Source: Dendrobates tinctorius
Lineage: Eukaryota
Direction: 5' to 3'
NCBI RefSeq assembly: GCF_039654945.1
Contig: NW_027361731.1
Location: forward strand, 25,420,001 to 25,484,000
DNA length: 64,000 nucleotides
Part shown: piece by piece, positions 13,301 to 26,036 of the stretch
Layout of the letters: the number at the start of each line of letters is the position of its first letter
Position numbering within the stretch: position 1 is the first letter of the stretch
Made by a program: the position numbers and the translations under genes
Notes under the pieces: generated by a model
The model's input: only the letters and a program-made list of their open reading frames with translations
What the model was told of the DNA's origin: nothing
The model's database searches: none

Positions 13301-15921
13301 TTATAGTAGATATATTCTTGTACATAGGGACAGTATTATAGTAGTTATATTCTTGTACATAGGGAGCAGTATTATAGTAGTTATATACTTGTACATAGGA
13401 GCAGTATTATAGTAGTTATATTCTTGTACATAGGGGGCAGTATTATATTCTTGTACATATGGGCAGTATTATAGTAGTTATATTCTTGTACATAGGAGCA
13501 GTATTATAGTAGTTATATTCTTGTACATAGGGGGCAGTATTATAGTAGATATATTCTTGTACATAGGGACAGTATTATAGTAGTTATATTCTTGTACATA
13601 GGGAGCAGTATTATAGTAGTTATATACTTGTACATAGGAGCAGTATTATAGTAGTTATATTCTTGTACATAGGGGCAGTATTATAGTAGTTATATTCTTG
13701 TATATAGGAGCAGTATTATAGTAGTTATATTCTTGTACATTGGGACAGTATTATAGTAGTTATATTCTTGTACATAGGGGCAGTATTATAGTAGTTATAT
13801 TCTTGTACATAGGAGCAGTATTATAGTAGTTATATTCTTGTACATAGGGGGCAGTATTATAGTAGATATATTCTTGTACATATGGGCAGTATTATAGTAG
13901 TTATATTCTTGTACATAGGAGCAGTATTATAGTAGTTATATTCTTGTACATAGGGGCAGTATTATAGTAGTTATATTCTTGTATATAGGAGCAGTATTAT
14001 AGTAGTTATATTCTTGTACATAGGGACAGTATTATAGTAGTTATATTCTTGTACATAGGAGCAGTATTATAGTAGTTATATTCTTGTACATAGGGGGCAG
14101 TATTATAGTAGATATATTCTTGTACATAGGGACAGTATTATAGTAGTTATATTCTTGTACATAGGAGCAGTATTATAGTAGTTATATTCTTGTACATAGG
14201 GGCAGTATTATAGTAGTTATATTCTTGTATATAGGAGCAGTATTATAGTAGTTATATTCTTGTACATAGGGACAGTATTATAGTAGTTATATTCTTGTAC
14301 ATAGGAGCAGTATTATAGTAGTTATATTCTTGTACATAGGGGGCAGTATTATATTCTTGTACATATGGGCAGTATTATAGTAGTTATATTCTTGTACATA
14401 GGAGCAGTATTATAGTAGTTATATTCTTGTACATAGGGGCAGTATTATAGTAGTTATATTCTTGTATATAGGAGCAGTATTATAGTAGTTATATTCTTGT
14501 ACATAGGGACAGTATTATAGTAGTTATATTCTTGTACATAGGGGCAGTATTATAGTAGTTATATTCTTGTACATAGGAGCAGTATTATAGTAGTTATATT
14601 CTTGTACATAGGGGGCAGTATTATAGTAGATATATTCTTGTACATATGGGCAGTATTATAGTAGTTATATTCTTGTACATAGGAGCAGTATTATAGTAGT
14701 TATATTCTTGTACATAGGGGCAGTATTATAGTAGTTATATTCTTGTATATAGGAGCAGTATTATAGTAGTTATATTCTTGTACATAGGGACAGTATTATA
14801 GTAGTTATATTCTTGTACATAGGAGCAGTATTATAGTAGTTATATTCTTGTACATAGGGGGCAGTATTATAGTAGATATATTCATGTACATAGGGACAGT
14901 ATTATAGTAGTTATATTCTTGTACATAGGAGCAGTATTATAGTAGTTATATTCTTGTACATAGGGGCAGTATTATAGTAGTTATATTCTTGTATATAGGA
15001 GCAGTATTATAGTAGTTATATTCTTGTACATAGGGACAGTATTATAGTAGTTATATTCTTGTACATAGGAGCAGTATTATAGTAGTTATATTCTTGTACA
15101 TAGGGGGCAGTATTATAGTAGATATATTCTTGTACATAGGGACAGTATTATAGTAGTTATATTCTTGTACATAGGGAGCAGTATTATAGTAGTTATATAC
15201 TTGTACATAGGAGCAGTATTATAGTAGTTATATTCTTGTACATAGGGGGCAGTATTATAGTAGTTATATTCTTGTACATAGGGGCAGTATTATAGTAGTT
15301 ATATTCTTGTACATAGGGACAGTATTATAGTAGTTATATTCTTGTACATAGGGGGCAGTATTATAGTAGTTATATTCTTGTACATAGGGGGCAGTATTAT
15401 AGTAGTTATATTCTTGTACATAGGGGGCAGTATTATAGTAGTTATATTCTTGTACATAGGGACAGTATTATAGTAGTTATATTCTTGTACATAGGGGGCA
15501 GTATTATAGTAGTTATACTCTTGTACATAGGGGCAGTATTATAGTAGTTATATTCTTGTACATAAGGGGCAGTATTATAGTAGTTATATTCTTGTACATA
15601 GGAGCAGTATTATAGTAGTTATATTCTTGTACATAGGGGACAGTATTATAGTAGTTATATTCTTGTACATAGGGGCAGTATTATAGTAGTTTCTTGTACA
15701 TAGGGAGCAGTATTATAGTAGTTATATTCTTGTACATAGGGGGCAGTATTATAGTAGTTATATTCTTGTACATAGGGGCAGTATTATAGTAGTTATATTC
15801 TTGTACATAGGGGCAGTACTATAGCAGTTATATTCTTGTACATAGGGAGCAGTATTATAGTAGTTATATTCTTGTACATAGGGGCAGTATTATAGTAGTT
15901 ATATTCTTGTACATAGGGGCA
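7400..15921. repeat. ~8.5-kb array of the 35/36-bp minisatellite with higher-order structure
   Basis: More than 200 tandem units; a SINE interrupts at 7614-7902. Confidence 0.97.
7614..7902 (-). mobile_element. tRNA-derived SINE, same family as 1111-1378
   Basis: Reverse complement closely matches the first copy; A/B boxes; (ATT)n tail; inserted at the CATA position of a satellite unit. Confidence 0.9.
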
Positions 15922-16110
15922 ATTTTTATTATAAACCAAACATAAATACAATTATAGTTAAACAAAAATCATCCAGTATTACAAAACACAAACCACTTAG
16001 GTAATATATACGCAGCACTACATAATCAGATCATATTCATAAATAAATTAAAGTATCCACACCTGGCGATGGAAAAAGTTAGAGAAAAAAAAAAAAAATA
16101 TCATATTTTT

Positions 16111-19100
16111 CTAACTTAATTTTACATTTCTCCATAACGTTATGTTTCTTGGACTCCTTCCAACTTCCAGTGATTTTATCCACCGGAGTTCTGACATAAC
16201 CTGATTGGCGGCAGCGGTGTGATCGAACAGCTCATTGTGCAGTGATACCCGGGTTCTCATGTGCCAGTGATAGTATTTGATGACACTGATTATAATGTAC
16301 ATCGTCTCTCTGTTGATGTTACTAACAGTGGAGGGGACACCATAGATTATGTCAGGATACTTTAGGGTCCGCAGTCTGGGGATTTTTAGATTATCTGACA
16401 CTTCCTCCCAGATCTTCCTCCCTCCCCAGCAATCACATATGAAGTGCTCCATAGTTTCCTCCTGCTGACAACCAAGGGGACAATTCCGATCAGAGACACA
16501 TAGATGTTTCAGGTTCCCTCTGACAAAGAGCCGACTATGCAGTGAAAGCCAAGTGACATCAAACAGTTTAGGAGGTAGCCGTTTCCCGTTTAGGAACCTA
16601 AGGCTTTCCTGCAGGGTGGTGGTGACACAATCTCTCAGGGCCAGTGGAGAGTAGAAGAAAGTCCTACATACACGAGCATACAGGTCTCTTCTCGTACTGC
16701 TCTCAATGTAAGACTTCTCCAGTCCCCACCTCCTAACACACTTCAGACCATAGTCCAGATACTGGGGGAGGTGGTCACCTGTCCATCTCCTCCTCTTGAG
16801 ACTGCCGCCTCGCACCCAAGATTCTGCAAAAGGCAATATCCAGTACCTGATACTATTTACCCATAGGCAGCTACTGTTTGAGTCCATGTTCCCAAAATTC
16901 ACCTTTAGAAACAAGGAGTCAAAGAAAACCCTTGGATTCAACATATCTAGCCCACCCTCTCTCCGCCGTAGGTACGTTATTCCCCTCTTTATTAGGTTCA
17001 ACCTATTCCCCCACAAGAGCTGGAAGAACAGGCTGAAGAGCCTCGCTGAGAAAGATTCTGGCAAAGGGAAAGCGACAGAGACATACAAGAAAACGGGGAC
17101 CAGGTAAGTCTTCAACATTGTGACCCTTTCTCTGTAGGTCAGCCTCCAGTTCTTCCATCGCTGAACCTTTGCATTTCCGGTTTCCAATTTCTCCTCCCAA
17201 TTTAGCGTGGCATTATCATCCCTCCCAAATTTAACCCCTAGGATCTTAATATGGGTGGAGGCTTTGGAAAACTGCGGCAGATCAAAGCTGGGCTCAGTAT
17301 CTAATGTCCACAGAGCTTGGCTCTTTTCAAGGTTAACCAGAGACCCGGAGGCCTCTGAGTAGCTTCTGATGGACGCAGATAACATCTGCACCTCACGAGG
17401 ATTGGAGGTCACCAGCGTCACATCATCCGCATAGGCAACAACATTCAGAGGCGGGCAGTGGGGGACCGGCACCCCCTGAAAATTGCACTCCTGCAGTGAC
17501 CTCAGAAACGGGTCTAGGGCAAAAACATACAGGAGCGGACTCATTGGGCAGCCCTGTCTCACCCCCGCCCCAACTCCAAAAGTGCCACCCTGCCAACCAT
17601 TAATCAGAGGAAAGCTCACCGCCTCTCTGTACAACGTCTTCAGCCAATCCACAAATTGTCCCGGAATACCGTACTTTGACAAAGTGGCCCACAGATAGTC
17701 ATGATCAACCCTGTCAAAGGCTTTAGCCTGGTCCAGACTGACAACATATCTCCCACACCGCAGAGCTTTACATCTTTCAAACATCTCTCGTATCGAGATG
17801 ACCGCTCCAGAGATGTTCCGCCCTTTTACTGTGCCAAACTGAGAGCCTGCCAACAGTGCCGGGGACAAACAGACTAATCTAGAAAATAGGATCTTTGCTA
17901 GAATCTTCCTGTCCATATTCAAGAGGGCAATCGGCCTCCAGTTCTTGATGTCGCTCGGCTCTTTACCTTTAGACAGCAGAATTAACGAGGACACTCTCAT
18001 GGATGGAGGCATCAGGTGATTTTCTAGACAATTTCTATACACATCCACGAGAATTGGAGCCAGGAGGTCTCTGAATTTCTTATAAAATTCTGCCGTTATA
18101 CCATCTGGACCTGGTGCCTTCTTCAGATATAACTTATCAATAGCCTCCTTAACTTCCTCCACCGTTAATTCTGCCGTCAAAGGAGAAAAGTCCAGATCAT
18201 TAGTATCAGGCACTGGAGTTGCCTCCAAGAATTGAGCCATCTTATCTTTATCCAAAACTTTCCTCTGAAACAAGTCAGCATAGTAAGATCTCACCACCTC
18301 CAGGATACCCTCCCGTGAATCCTGCATTACACCCTGGGAGTCGGTGAGACCCGTGACCATTTTTTTGGCCACCCTCTCCCTGCAATTCTCAAAGGGATCA
18401 GGGGCCCTAAGGACCCATAATCCCGTTCAAGAACCAGGGAGGTATACCTGCTATACTGATACTGCTTTATCTCAGATTTCAGCCGGTCGATCTTCACTTT
18501 GTCATCCCCGCCCGCCGAATACAGTGACTCCAATTCTTTGCGCAGCTTTAGGTACTGGCTGTACTTATTCCTCCCTTTATTAACTGACAGTCTCTTTAAG
18601 AGGGATCTGATATCCTCCTTGACGTCCTTCCACCAGTCAGTCATGTTGTCATAGAAGTCAACCCTGTCTAGATGAAGCTGGATAAGGGAGTGAACACGAC
18701 TCTGAACATAGGCATCATCCAGGAGACTGGAATTGAGCTTCCACAACCCTCTACCAATGTCCGGACGGTTAGAGGAACCCAAAGAGAAGCACAAGGCGAG
18801 GTGATCAGAGTAAGGGACGACCTTCTCACTCAGGGTGCCGACAGCCTCAGTAGGACTGACAAAAGCAAAATCTATCCTACTGCTCCTGTTGGAACATGAA
18901 TATGTGAATTTTGGCTGTCGCCCACCCTGTGTGAAAACGTCAGTCAGTCCTGCCTGCATTATGATGCTATGTAGGACCTTACCGTCCCTGGTCACTGCCC
19001 TGCCCGAGGAGCTGTCACCTGATGTCATTATGGCATTAAAGTCCCCCGCCATCACCACTGGAAGAGAAGTGAAGAGGTAAGGCTTGACGTCATTAAACAG

Positions 19101-19514
19101 CTGGATCCTGTCAGTCACTGTCTGTGGCCCATAGATGTTAATAACCCGGAGTCGCCTCCCATGGATAGTGACTTCTAGGACCAGACATGTTCCCATGACC
19201 ACCTCCGTCATCCTATGCACAGTCACATCATTGGTGTTAAACAGGACAGCGACCCCGGGATAAGGCTCCACAGCCAGTGACCAGAAAGAAGGACCGGACC
19301 GCCATTCCCTCTCAGCCTCTCTCATAAGCCCCAGAGATGTCAGTCGTGTCTCCTGCAGGAAGATGACATCGGTGTCCAGATATTTGAGATGTTCATACAC
19401 CGCGTGTCTAGTTCTCCTCAGCTTAATGCTATTCACATTGCTCGAGGTCACTGTCAATGAGAACCCCGCCATCACAACACAATATAGTAGGAGCAAAGTA
19501 ACAGCCATCATCAT
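16111..19514 (-). pseudogene. Tx1 ORF2 (AP endonuclease plus reverse transcriptase) with one frameshift near 18405
   Basis: APE motifs NVN, LQET, GDFN, RIDF, SDH (18327..19514); RT motifs GVRQGCPMSP and YADD plus CPLGC..H..C (16111..18372); adding one G joins the frames as SLGAPDPFENCRERVAKKM. Confidence 0.88.
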
Positions 19515-21657
19515 GAGTCAGAGATGTTCTGTCCACCACTGGTGTCCATGTCAGACTCTACCTGAGGGTCCACAGATAAGGGCTTCCGCTTTGGCGGGGG
19601 ATGGTCCTCTATGTCCCTGTCACACTCAGCATCAACTTTCCTCAACTCTTCCTCATAATCGTCACCATTGGAGTCAGATAAAACTCCATACTTGTTGGAC
19701 ACGACCATCACTCCTGCAGAATTCTGAACCTTCTTACTAGCAATCTGACCAGTGTCATATTCTGCCTCAGGTTTACGGGAGGATGTGTTCTTTTTCTTCC
19801 TTTTATTATAATTAATGCTCCAGTCATCAGATACAGACAGTGATACTGAAGGGGGGGCTATCTGAGGCTGCTGGACCTGATGGACGACCTCCATGTTCCC
19901 CTCTGCACCCTGCTTCTCTGGTGCTGCCTGAGTGGACTCCTGGTGGGCATCTGAGTTGGTCAACATCTCTCCTGACATTAAATACTCCTCATGCGTCCCT
20001 GCCACATCTTCATCCTCCTGAGCCTCTGCCCCTGCCATCATTAACTCATCAGGGAAGACTCTGCAGATGTTGTGCCAGGCGTCTGGACAGTCCCTGTGAG
20101 GGTGGCCCATCCTACCACAGAGGTTGCACCTGACGTCCCGGCAGTCTGCAGCGACATGGCCGATTGCCCCACACAGACTGCACTTCACCACAGTACAGGC
20201 GTTAGCCAGATGACCTTTCCCACCACATCTGAAACACTTTCTGGGTTGCCCGGGATAATAACACCTTCCCTTCTCCCTCCCAATGAAGAAGGAGTTGGGT
20301 AAGTGGTCAGTGATGTTATCACATTGCCGCAATTTTACCAAGACCCGCCATCCCATTGTCCAGATACCATCCTCATCTCTGACCTTGGTGAGCCCAGAGA
20401 CGAGGTCACAGTGTCTCCGGAGCCACACCTCGATGTCCTGTGGAGGAACGGCCTCATTCCAGAAGGTGATGTTTACTGTGACAGTATCCAGCCTGGAGAT
20501 AGGAACCAACACAAACTTATTCCAGCCCTCAGCATCTCTGAACTTGGGGTAATTGGCCCAGAATCTATCCAGGTCAGACATGAGCTTGAAGCTGACCTCG
20601 TAGCCCTGTCTGTCCTGAAGATTAGACACTGCCAGTATCTCATTTGCCACAAACCCCATCTGGCCGCAGAGCAGCTCTCTCACCACATACCTGCGTTGTG
20701 GCAGATCCTCCTTGGCACCTATGTATTTAAACCGCACCACATTAATGCGTTTGAATGTCTGGCCAGTATACCTGGCACTGGAAGTGAAGGATGGGGCGCC
20801 GCGGCTCCAGGCATTCCTGGGGGGCACCTGCCGGGTCACACTGGGCTGACTGACAGGGAGAGGGCCTGCAGCAGGGGGGGCTGTCACACCTTGTGGACTA
20901 GATGGCAAAGGGGGATAATCACACATATCATGCACATTATCATGAGCAGCATCATTATTATCAGACAGTGCGACGTCCATTACAGAGTGTGAAACCCCTC
21001 CAACCCCCGACCCCATGGACACAGCATCACCAGCCACAGTCTGTGCTTCAGCCTCAGCCTCATCAGCACAAACAGTCTCACATATACTGTCCTGCTCCTG
21101 TGTGGGGCATTCTGGGACCTGTGGTGACTCTGCTGGAGTCTGCAGTGTATGCTCCTGTTCACACTCGACAGCCTCATCAGCACAAACAGTCTGACATATA
21201 CTGTCCTGCTCCTGTGTGGGGCATTCTGGGACCTGTGGTGCCTCTGCTGCAGTCTGAAGTGCATGCTCCTGTTCACACTGAGCTGCCTGCTGCTGCAGTT
21301 GTTTTCCCTCCTGGAAGCAGAAGCGGGCAGCCTGTAACACTGGCCGTGTCGGCTGCTGCGGGGTCCCGTCCTGAACATCAGGGGTCCTGGCCTCTACAGC
21401 ACAGTCCTGCTTATAGGAGGCGAACCGCTCGCGGTTCCTGTAGGTCTCTGCCAGGGGCCCCATGCTCTCCAGCACAGACTCAGTGTCCTGCACAACACTC
21501 GCCAGCTGTACACCCAGTGTGTTCAGTCTCAGGTCATACGCCTCATTACTGGCAGGATTAGTGGTCTTTAGGCTATAGATGAAGTCTACCTCCATTTGCA
21601 GCGCTTTTTTTTGCTGCTGTAACTCACCCAGTTTTCGGACAAGTCCCGGTATCTCAT
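19511..21657 (-). pseudogene. Tx1 ORF1, C-terminal part (gag-like zinc-knuckle protein)
   Basis: Knuckles CFRCGGKGHLANAC, CSLCGAIGHVAADC, CNLCGRMGHPHRDC; frame stays open upstream of the track ATG to the CR1 junction (EIPGLVRKLGELQQQKK); internal 114-bp (38-aa) duplication at ~21059-21290. Confidence 0.88.
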
Positions 21658-21740
21658 AGAATCATAGAATCATAGAATCGTAGAGTTGGAAGGGACCTCC
21701 TGGGCCATCTGGTCCAACCCCCTGCTCAAAGCAGGATTCG

Positions 21741-24510
21741 CTAAATCATCCCAGTCAGATGTCTGTCCAGCCTCTGTTTGAAGACTTCCATTGAAGGAGA
21801 ACTCACCACTTCTCGTGGCAGCCTGTTCCACTCATTGATCACTCTAACTGTCAAAAAGTTTTTTCTAATATCTAATCTGTGTCTCTTCCCATTCAGTTTC
21901 ATCCCATTGCTTCTAGTCTTTCCTTGTGCAAATGAGAATAAAGTTGATCCTTCTACAATGTGACAGCCCTTTAGATATTTGTAGACAGCTATTAAGTCTC
22001 CTCTCAGTCTTCTCTTTTGCAAACTAAACATTCCCAAATCCTGCAACCTTTCCTCATAAGACAGGGTTTGCAGACCGGTCACCATTCTGGTCGCTCTTTC
22101 TGAACTTGCTCCAGTTTGTTGATGTCTTTTTTAAAATGTGGTGCCCAAAACTGGACACAATATTCCAGATGAGGTCTGACCAAAGAGGAGTAGAGGGAAA
22201 TAATGACTTCACGTGATCTAGACTGTATGCTTCTGTTAATACATCCTAGAATTGCATTTGCCTTTTTTGCTGCTGCATCACACTGTTGACTCATATTCAG
22301 TCTGTGATCTATTAGTATACCCAAGTCTTTTTCACATGTGCTGTCACTTAGCCCTATTCCTCCCATTCTATATATGCTTTTTTCATTTTTATTGCCCAGA
22401 TGTAGTACTTTGCATTTCTCCCTGTTAAAAACCATTCTGTTAGTTGCTGCCCACTTCTCCAGTTTATTTAAATCTTTTTGAATCCTCTCTCTCTCCTCTC
22501 TAGTATTAGCTATCCCTCCTAGCTTTGTGTCATCAGCAAATTTAATCAGTTTACCCTCAATTCCTTCATCTAAATCGTTGATAAAGATGTTGAACAATAC
22601 AGGGCCCAGGACAGAGCCCTGTGGTACCCCACTTGAGACATTCTTCCAACTGGATGTGCAGCCATTTACGACCACTCTTTGGGTCCGATCACTAAGCCAG
22701 TTATGAATCCACCTAACAGTTGCCTTGTCCATTCCATACTTAGTCATTTTTTCAATAAGGATTGTATGAGAGACTTTGTCAAATGCTTTGCTGAAGTCAA
22801 GATATACTATATCTACAGCATTTCCTTGATCCACCCAATCAGTGATACCGTCATAGAAGGAAATTAAGTTAGTCTGACATGACTTATCAGTTACAAACCC
22901 ATGCTGACTCTGTTTAATCACTTCATTCTTATCCAGGTATTGACATACATGTTGTTTAATAATTTGTTCAAAGATCTTTCCTGGTATAGAAGTCAGACTC
23001 ACCGGCCTATAGTTGCCTGGGTCCACCTTCTTCCCCTTTTTGAAGATAGGAACAACATTTGCTCTTCTCCAGTCTTCTGGCACTTCTCCTGTTCTCCAAG
23101 AATTTTCAAAGATTATGGAGAGGGGTTCAAAAATTTCTTCTGCTATCTCCTTCAGTACTCTGGGGTGTAATTCATCTGGACCTGGAGACTTGAATTCATT
23201 TAGGTTAGCTAAGTGTTTCCTCACTATCTTTCTGTTTATAGATATCCTGGATTCTTCTATTCCCTTAATAGGACAGTGAATAACAGTTGATGTTGCATTT
23301 CCTTTCTGAGAGAAAACAGATGCAAAATAGGAATTTAAAAGTTCAGCCTTCTCAACATCCTGTCTTACCATTTCATCATTTTCATCCTGTAAAAATATTA
23401 TAGCATCTTTGACTTTTCTTTTACTTTTGACATATCCCCAAAATCCTTTATTATTGCTTTTGACATCTCTTGCAAGCCTCAGTTCATTTTCAGCTTTAGA
23501 TAATCTGATTTGTGCCCTGCAGGTTCTGCAGACAGCATTATATTCTTCTTTAGATATGCCTCCCTCTTTCCATTTTATAAACATTTTTTTCTTCCTTTTT
23601 AGCATGTGCTTAAGTTCTGTGTTCATCCATCCTGGTTTCCTTAAATGCTTCCTATTCTTCCCTCTTTTCGGAATTGTTAACAACTGTGCATTGAGAATTT
23701 CATTTTTCAAGATTTCCCATCCTTCCTGGACATTTTTGTCTTTAAGGATATCCAGCCATTGGATCCCTCTAATTCTCTTTCTGAATCCCTTAAAATCTGC
23801 CTCTCTGAAATCTAACCTTGACGTCTGAGTCTTCACAGGTCTTCCACCTCTAGTTATCCAAAATTCTAAAATAGCATGGTCGCTACCTCCTAGGGTCCCA
23901 GCCACTTTTACCTCCTCAACCATTTCCTCCCTGTTTATAAGGATTAGATCCAAGGTAGCAGTTCCCCTTGTTTTCTCCCTTACCTTTTGGAAGATAAAGT
24001 TGTCAGCAAGAGAGGATAAGAATTTCCTTGACCTGTTAGTTTTGCCTGAGAGAGATTCCCAACAAATGTCTGGATAGTTGAAATCTCCCATGACAACCAT
24101 GTCATATTTTTTGGAGAACTTGGCCATCTGATGCATAAAGAGTTCATCTATATCTTCGGCTTGCACAGGCGGCCTGTAGTAAATGCCTACAATGGTGTCC
24201 TTTCCATTGTTCTGTCCTTGTATTCTTACCCAAACAGTTTCCACAGAACTCCCAGTCTCTGAAGCTTCAATCTCTGTGCAGATATACGCGTTTCGAACAT
24301 ACAATGCGACACCCCCTCCTCGTTTATCAAGTCTGTTTCTTGCAAATAAGTTGTATCCTTCTAGTCTTGTATTCCAATCATGTGTATTGTCCCACCAAGT
24401 TTCAGTGATTCCAATGACATCATATTTCTTTTCCTGTGTTAGTAGTTCCAATTCTCCTTGTTTGTTGCCCATGCTTTGTGCATTAGTATAGAAACATTTT
24501 AGTTTGTGAT
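21741..24510 (-). pseudogene. CR1 ORF2 (endonuclease/RT) with one frameshift near 22098
   Basis: [36 protein letters not shown]; QKERPEW* becomes QRRATRMV with one added base, joining ORF 21741..22085; true start not determined. Confidence 0.88.
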
Positions 24511-24651
24511 TGGTTTCTCTTTCTCCAATATTTTTATTAATTAGATTCTTTCGTCTTTGTTCTTCCTTTCCACTTCTAATAGCAGAGTTCTCAATAGCAT
24601 TTGTCAGGTGTATGGCTTTTTCTGGTCTTTTGCTTCCCTTCCCATGTTGTT

Positions 24652-25614
24652 CTAGTTTAAAGCTCTCCTTACAAGTGTAGCAAGGCGACTTCCAAATACA
24701 TGCTTTCCAGTCTTCGTAAGGTGCACCCCATCTCTAGCAAGTAGTCCATCGTATAAGTAGTTCACTCCGTGAACCAGAAATCCAAATCGTTGCTGACGGC
24801 ACCGTCGACGTAGCCATTTGTTCACCTGCAGAATCTTATTCGACCTCCTTGTTCCATGGCCATCCACTGGGAGGATGGAAGAGAAGACCACCTGCGCTCC
24901 CAGTTCTTTCACTTTCTTGCCTAAGTCTTCAAAGTCTCTGCAGATGGTTTCCAGGTCGTTTCTTGCGGTGTCATTTGTCCCCACATGTAGTAGCAGGAAT
25001 GGGTAGTCATCTGTAGGTCTGAAGAGTCCTGATATCCTGTCAGACACATCTTTAATTTTTGCACCTGGAAGACAGCACATTTCTCTTGTAGTTATATCCG
25101 GTCTGCAGATAGCGGCCTCTGTTCCTCTCAGCAGGGAATCCCCCATGACCACCACTCTCCGTTTCTTCTTCACAACATTTTTCTTTCTCCATCCAGGAGG
25201 ACTCTGAGGGCGTACAAGGTTGCTGTTTGTTGGCAAAGTCTTATCCTGATGTATTTCTTCATCGTTTTCCTGCGTGAGAGCCTGGTACTGGTTTCTGAGC
25301 AGTATGGGTGCTGACTGCCTCCTGATCCTCCTGCTTCTCTGGGTCACATGTCTCCATTCCTCTGTTTCTTCAGGTGCACTTCGAATTTCTTCTCTTTCTG
25401 TAACATGAAGAGATAATTATGCTCTGTCCAAGAACTCTTCACCTTCCTTAATGATCTTCAACGTAGCTAACCTCTCTTCGAGATTTTGCAACTTTTCCTC
25501 CAACAGGGACACAAGCTTGCATTTGTGGCATGTGAAGTTTGGCTTTTCCACTGGTAAATCTGTGAACATGTAGCAAGAAATGCAGCTCACCAAATGGCTC
25601 CTGGCCTCTTCCAT
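24652..25614 (-). pseudogene. CR1 ORF1 (CxxC..CxxC finger, coiled coil, SGNH/GDSL esterase-like) with one in-frame stop at 25417-25419
   Basis: SCISC...CHKC; GDSLLR, HVGTND and DGVHL blocks; the two track ORFs share one frame. Confidence 0.85.
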
Positions 25615-25658
25615 CTTGAGATTTCTTAAAAACGATGAAAGATGAGCCAAATTTCGGT

Positions 25659-26036
25659 TTTTCCGATTTCCTCTTTTCAGCTGCAACGGCCAAAACCCAG
25701 TGATCGTTGAGCTCGCGGAGACTCTTCACTTATCCCAGAAGGCACTGGGAATATGCAAATGATCTCCTCAAGACTCTTCCCCTGGTTTTCCGATTTCCTC
25801 TTTTCAGCTGCAACGGCCAAAACCCAGTGATCGTTGAGCTCGCGGAGACTCTTCACTTATCCCAGAAGGCACTGGGAATATGCAAATGATCTCAAGACTC
25901 TTCCCCTGGTTTTCCGATTTCCTCTTTTCAGCTGCAACGGCCAAAACCCAGTGATCGTTGAGCTCGCGGAGACTCTTCACTTATCCCAGAAGGCACTGGG
26001 AATATGCAAATGATCTCCTCAAGACTCTTCCCCTGG
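25659..26036. promoter_or_regulatory. Three tandem 124-127-bp monomers at the CR1 5' end, each with a Staf/ZNF143-like site and an octamer
   Basis: Units 25659-25785, 25786-25909, 25910-26036; each has ATCCCAGAAGGCACTGGG then AAT then ATGCAAAT. The repeat is certain; the regulatory role is inferred. Confidence 0.6.

Noticed and set aside
7400-15921. CRISPR-like appearance of regularly spaced ~35-bp repeats
   Set aside because: Units are head-to-tail with no unique spacers, there are no cas genes, and the context is a vertebrate intron.
19511-21595. Host ZCCHC3-like zinc-knuckle gene
   Set aside because: It is directly followed by an APE-RT ORF2 and bounded by retrotransposon ends, so it is Tx1 ORF1.
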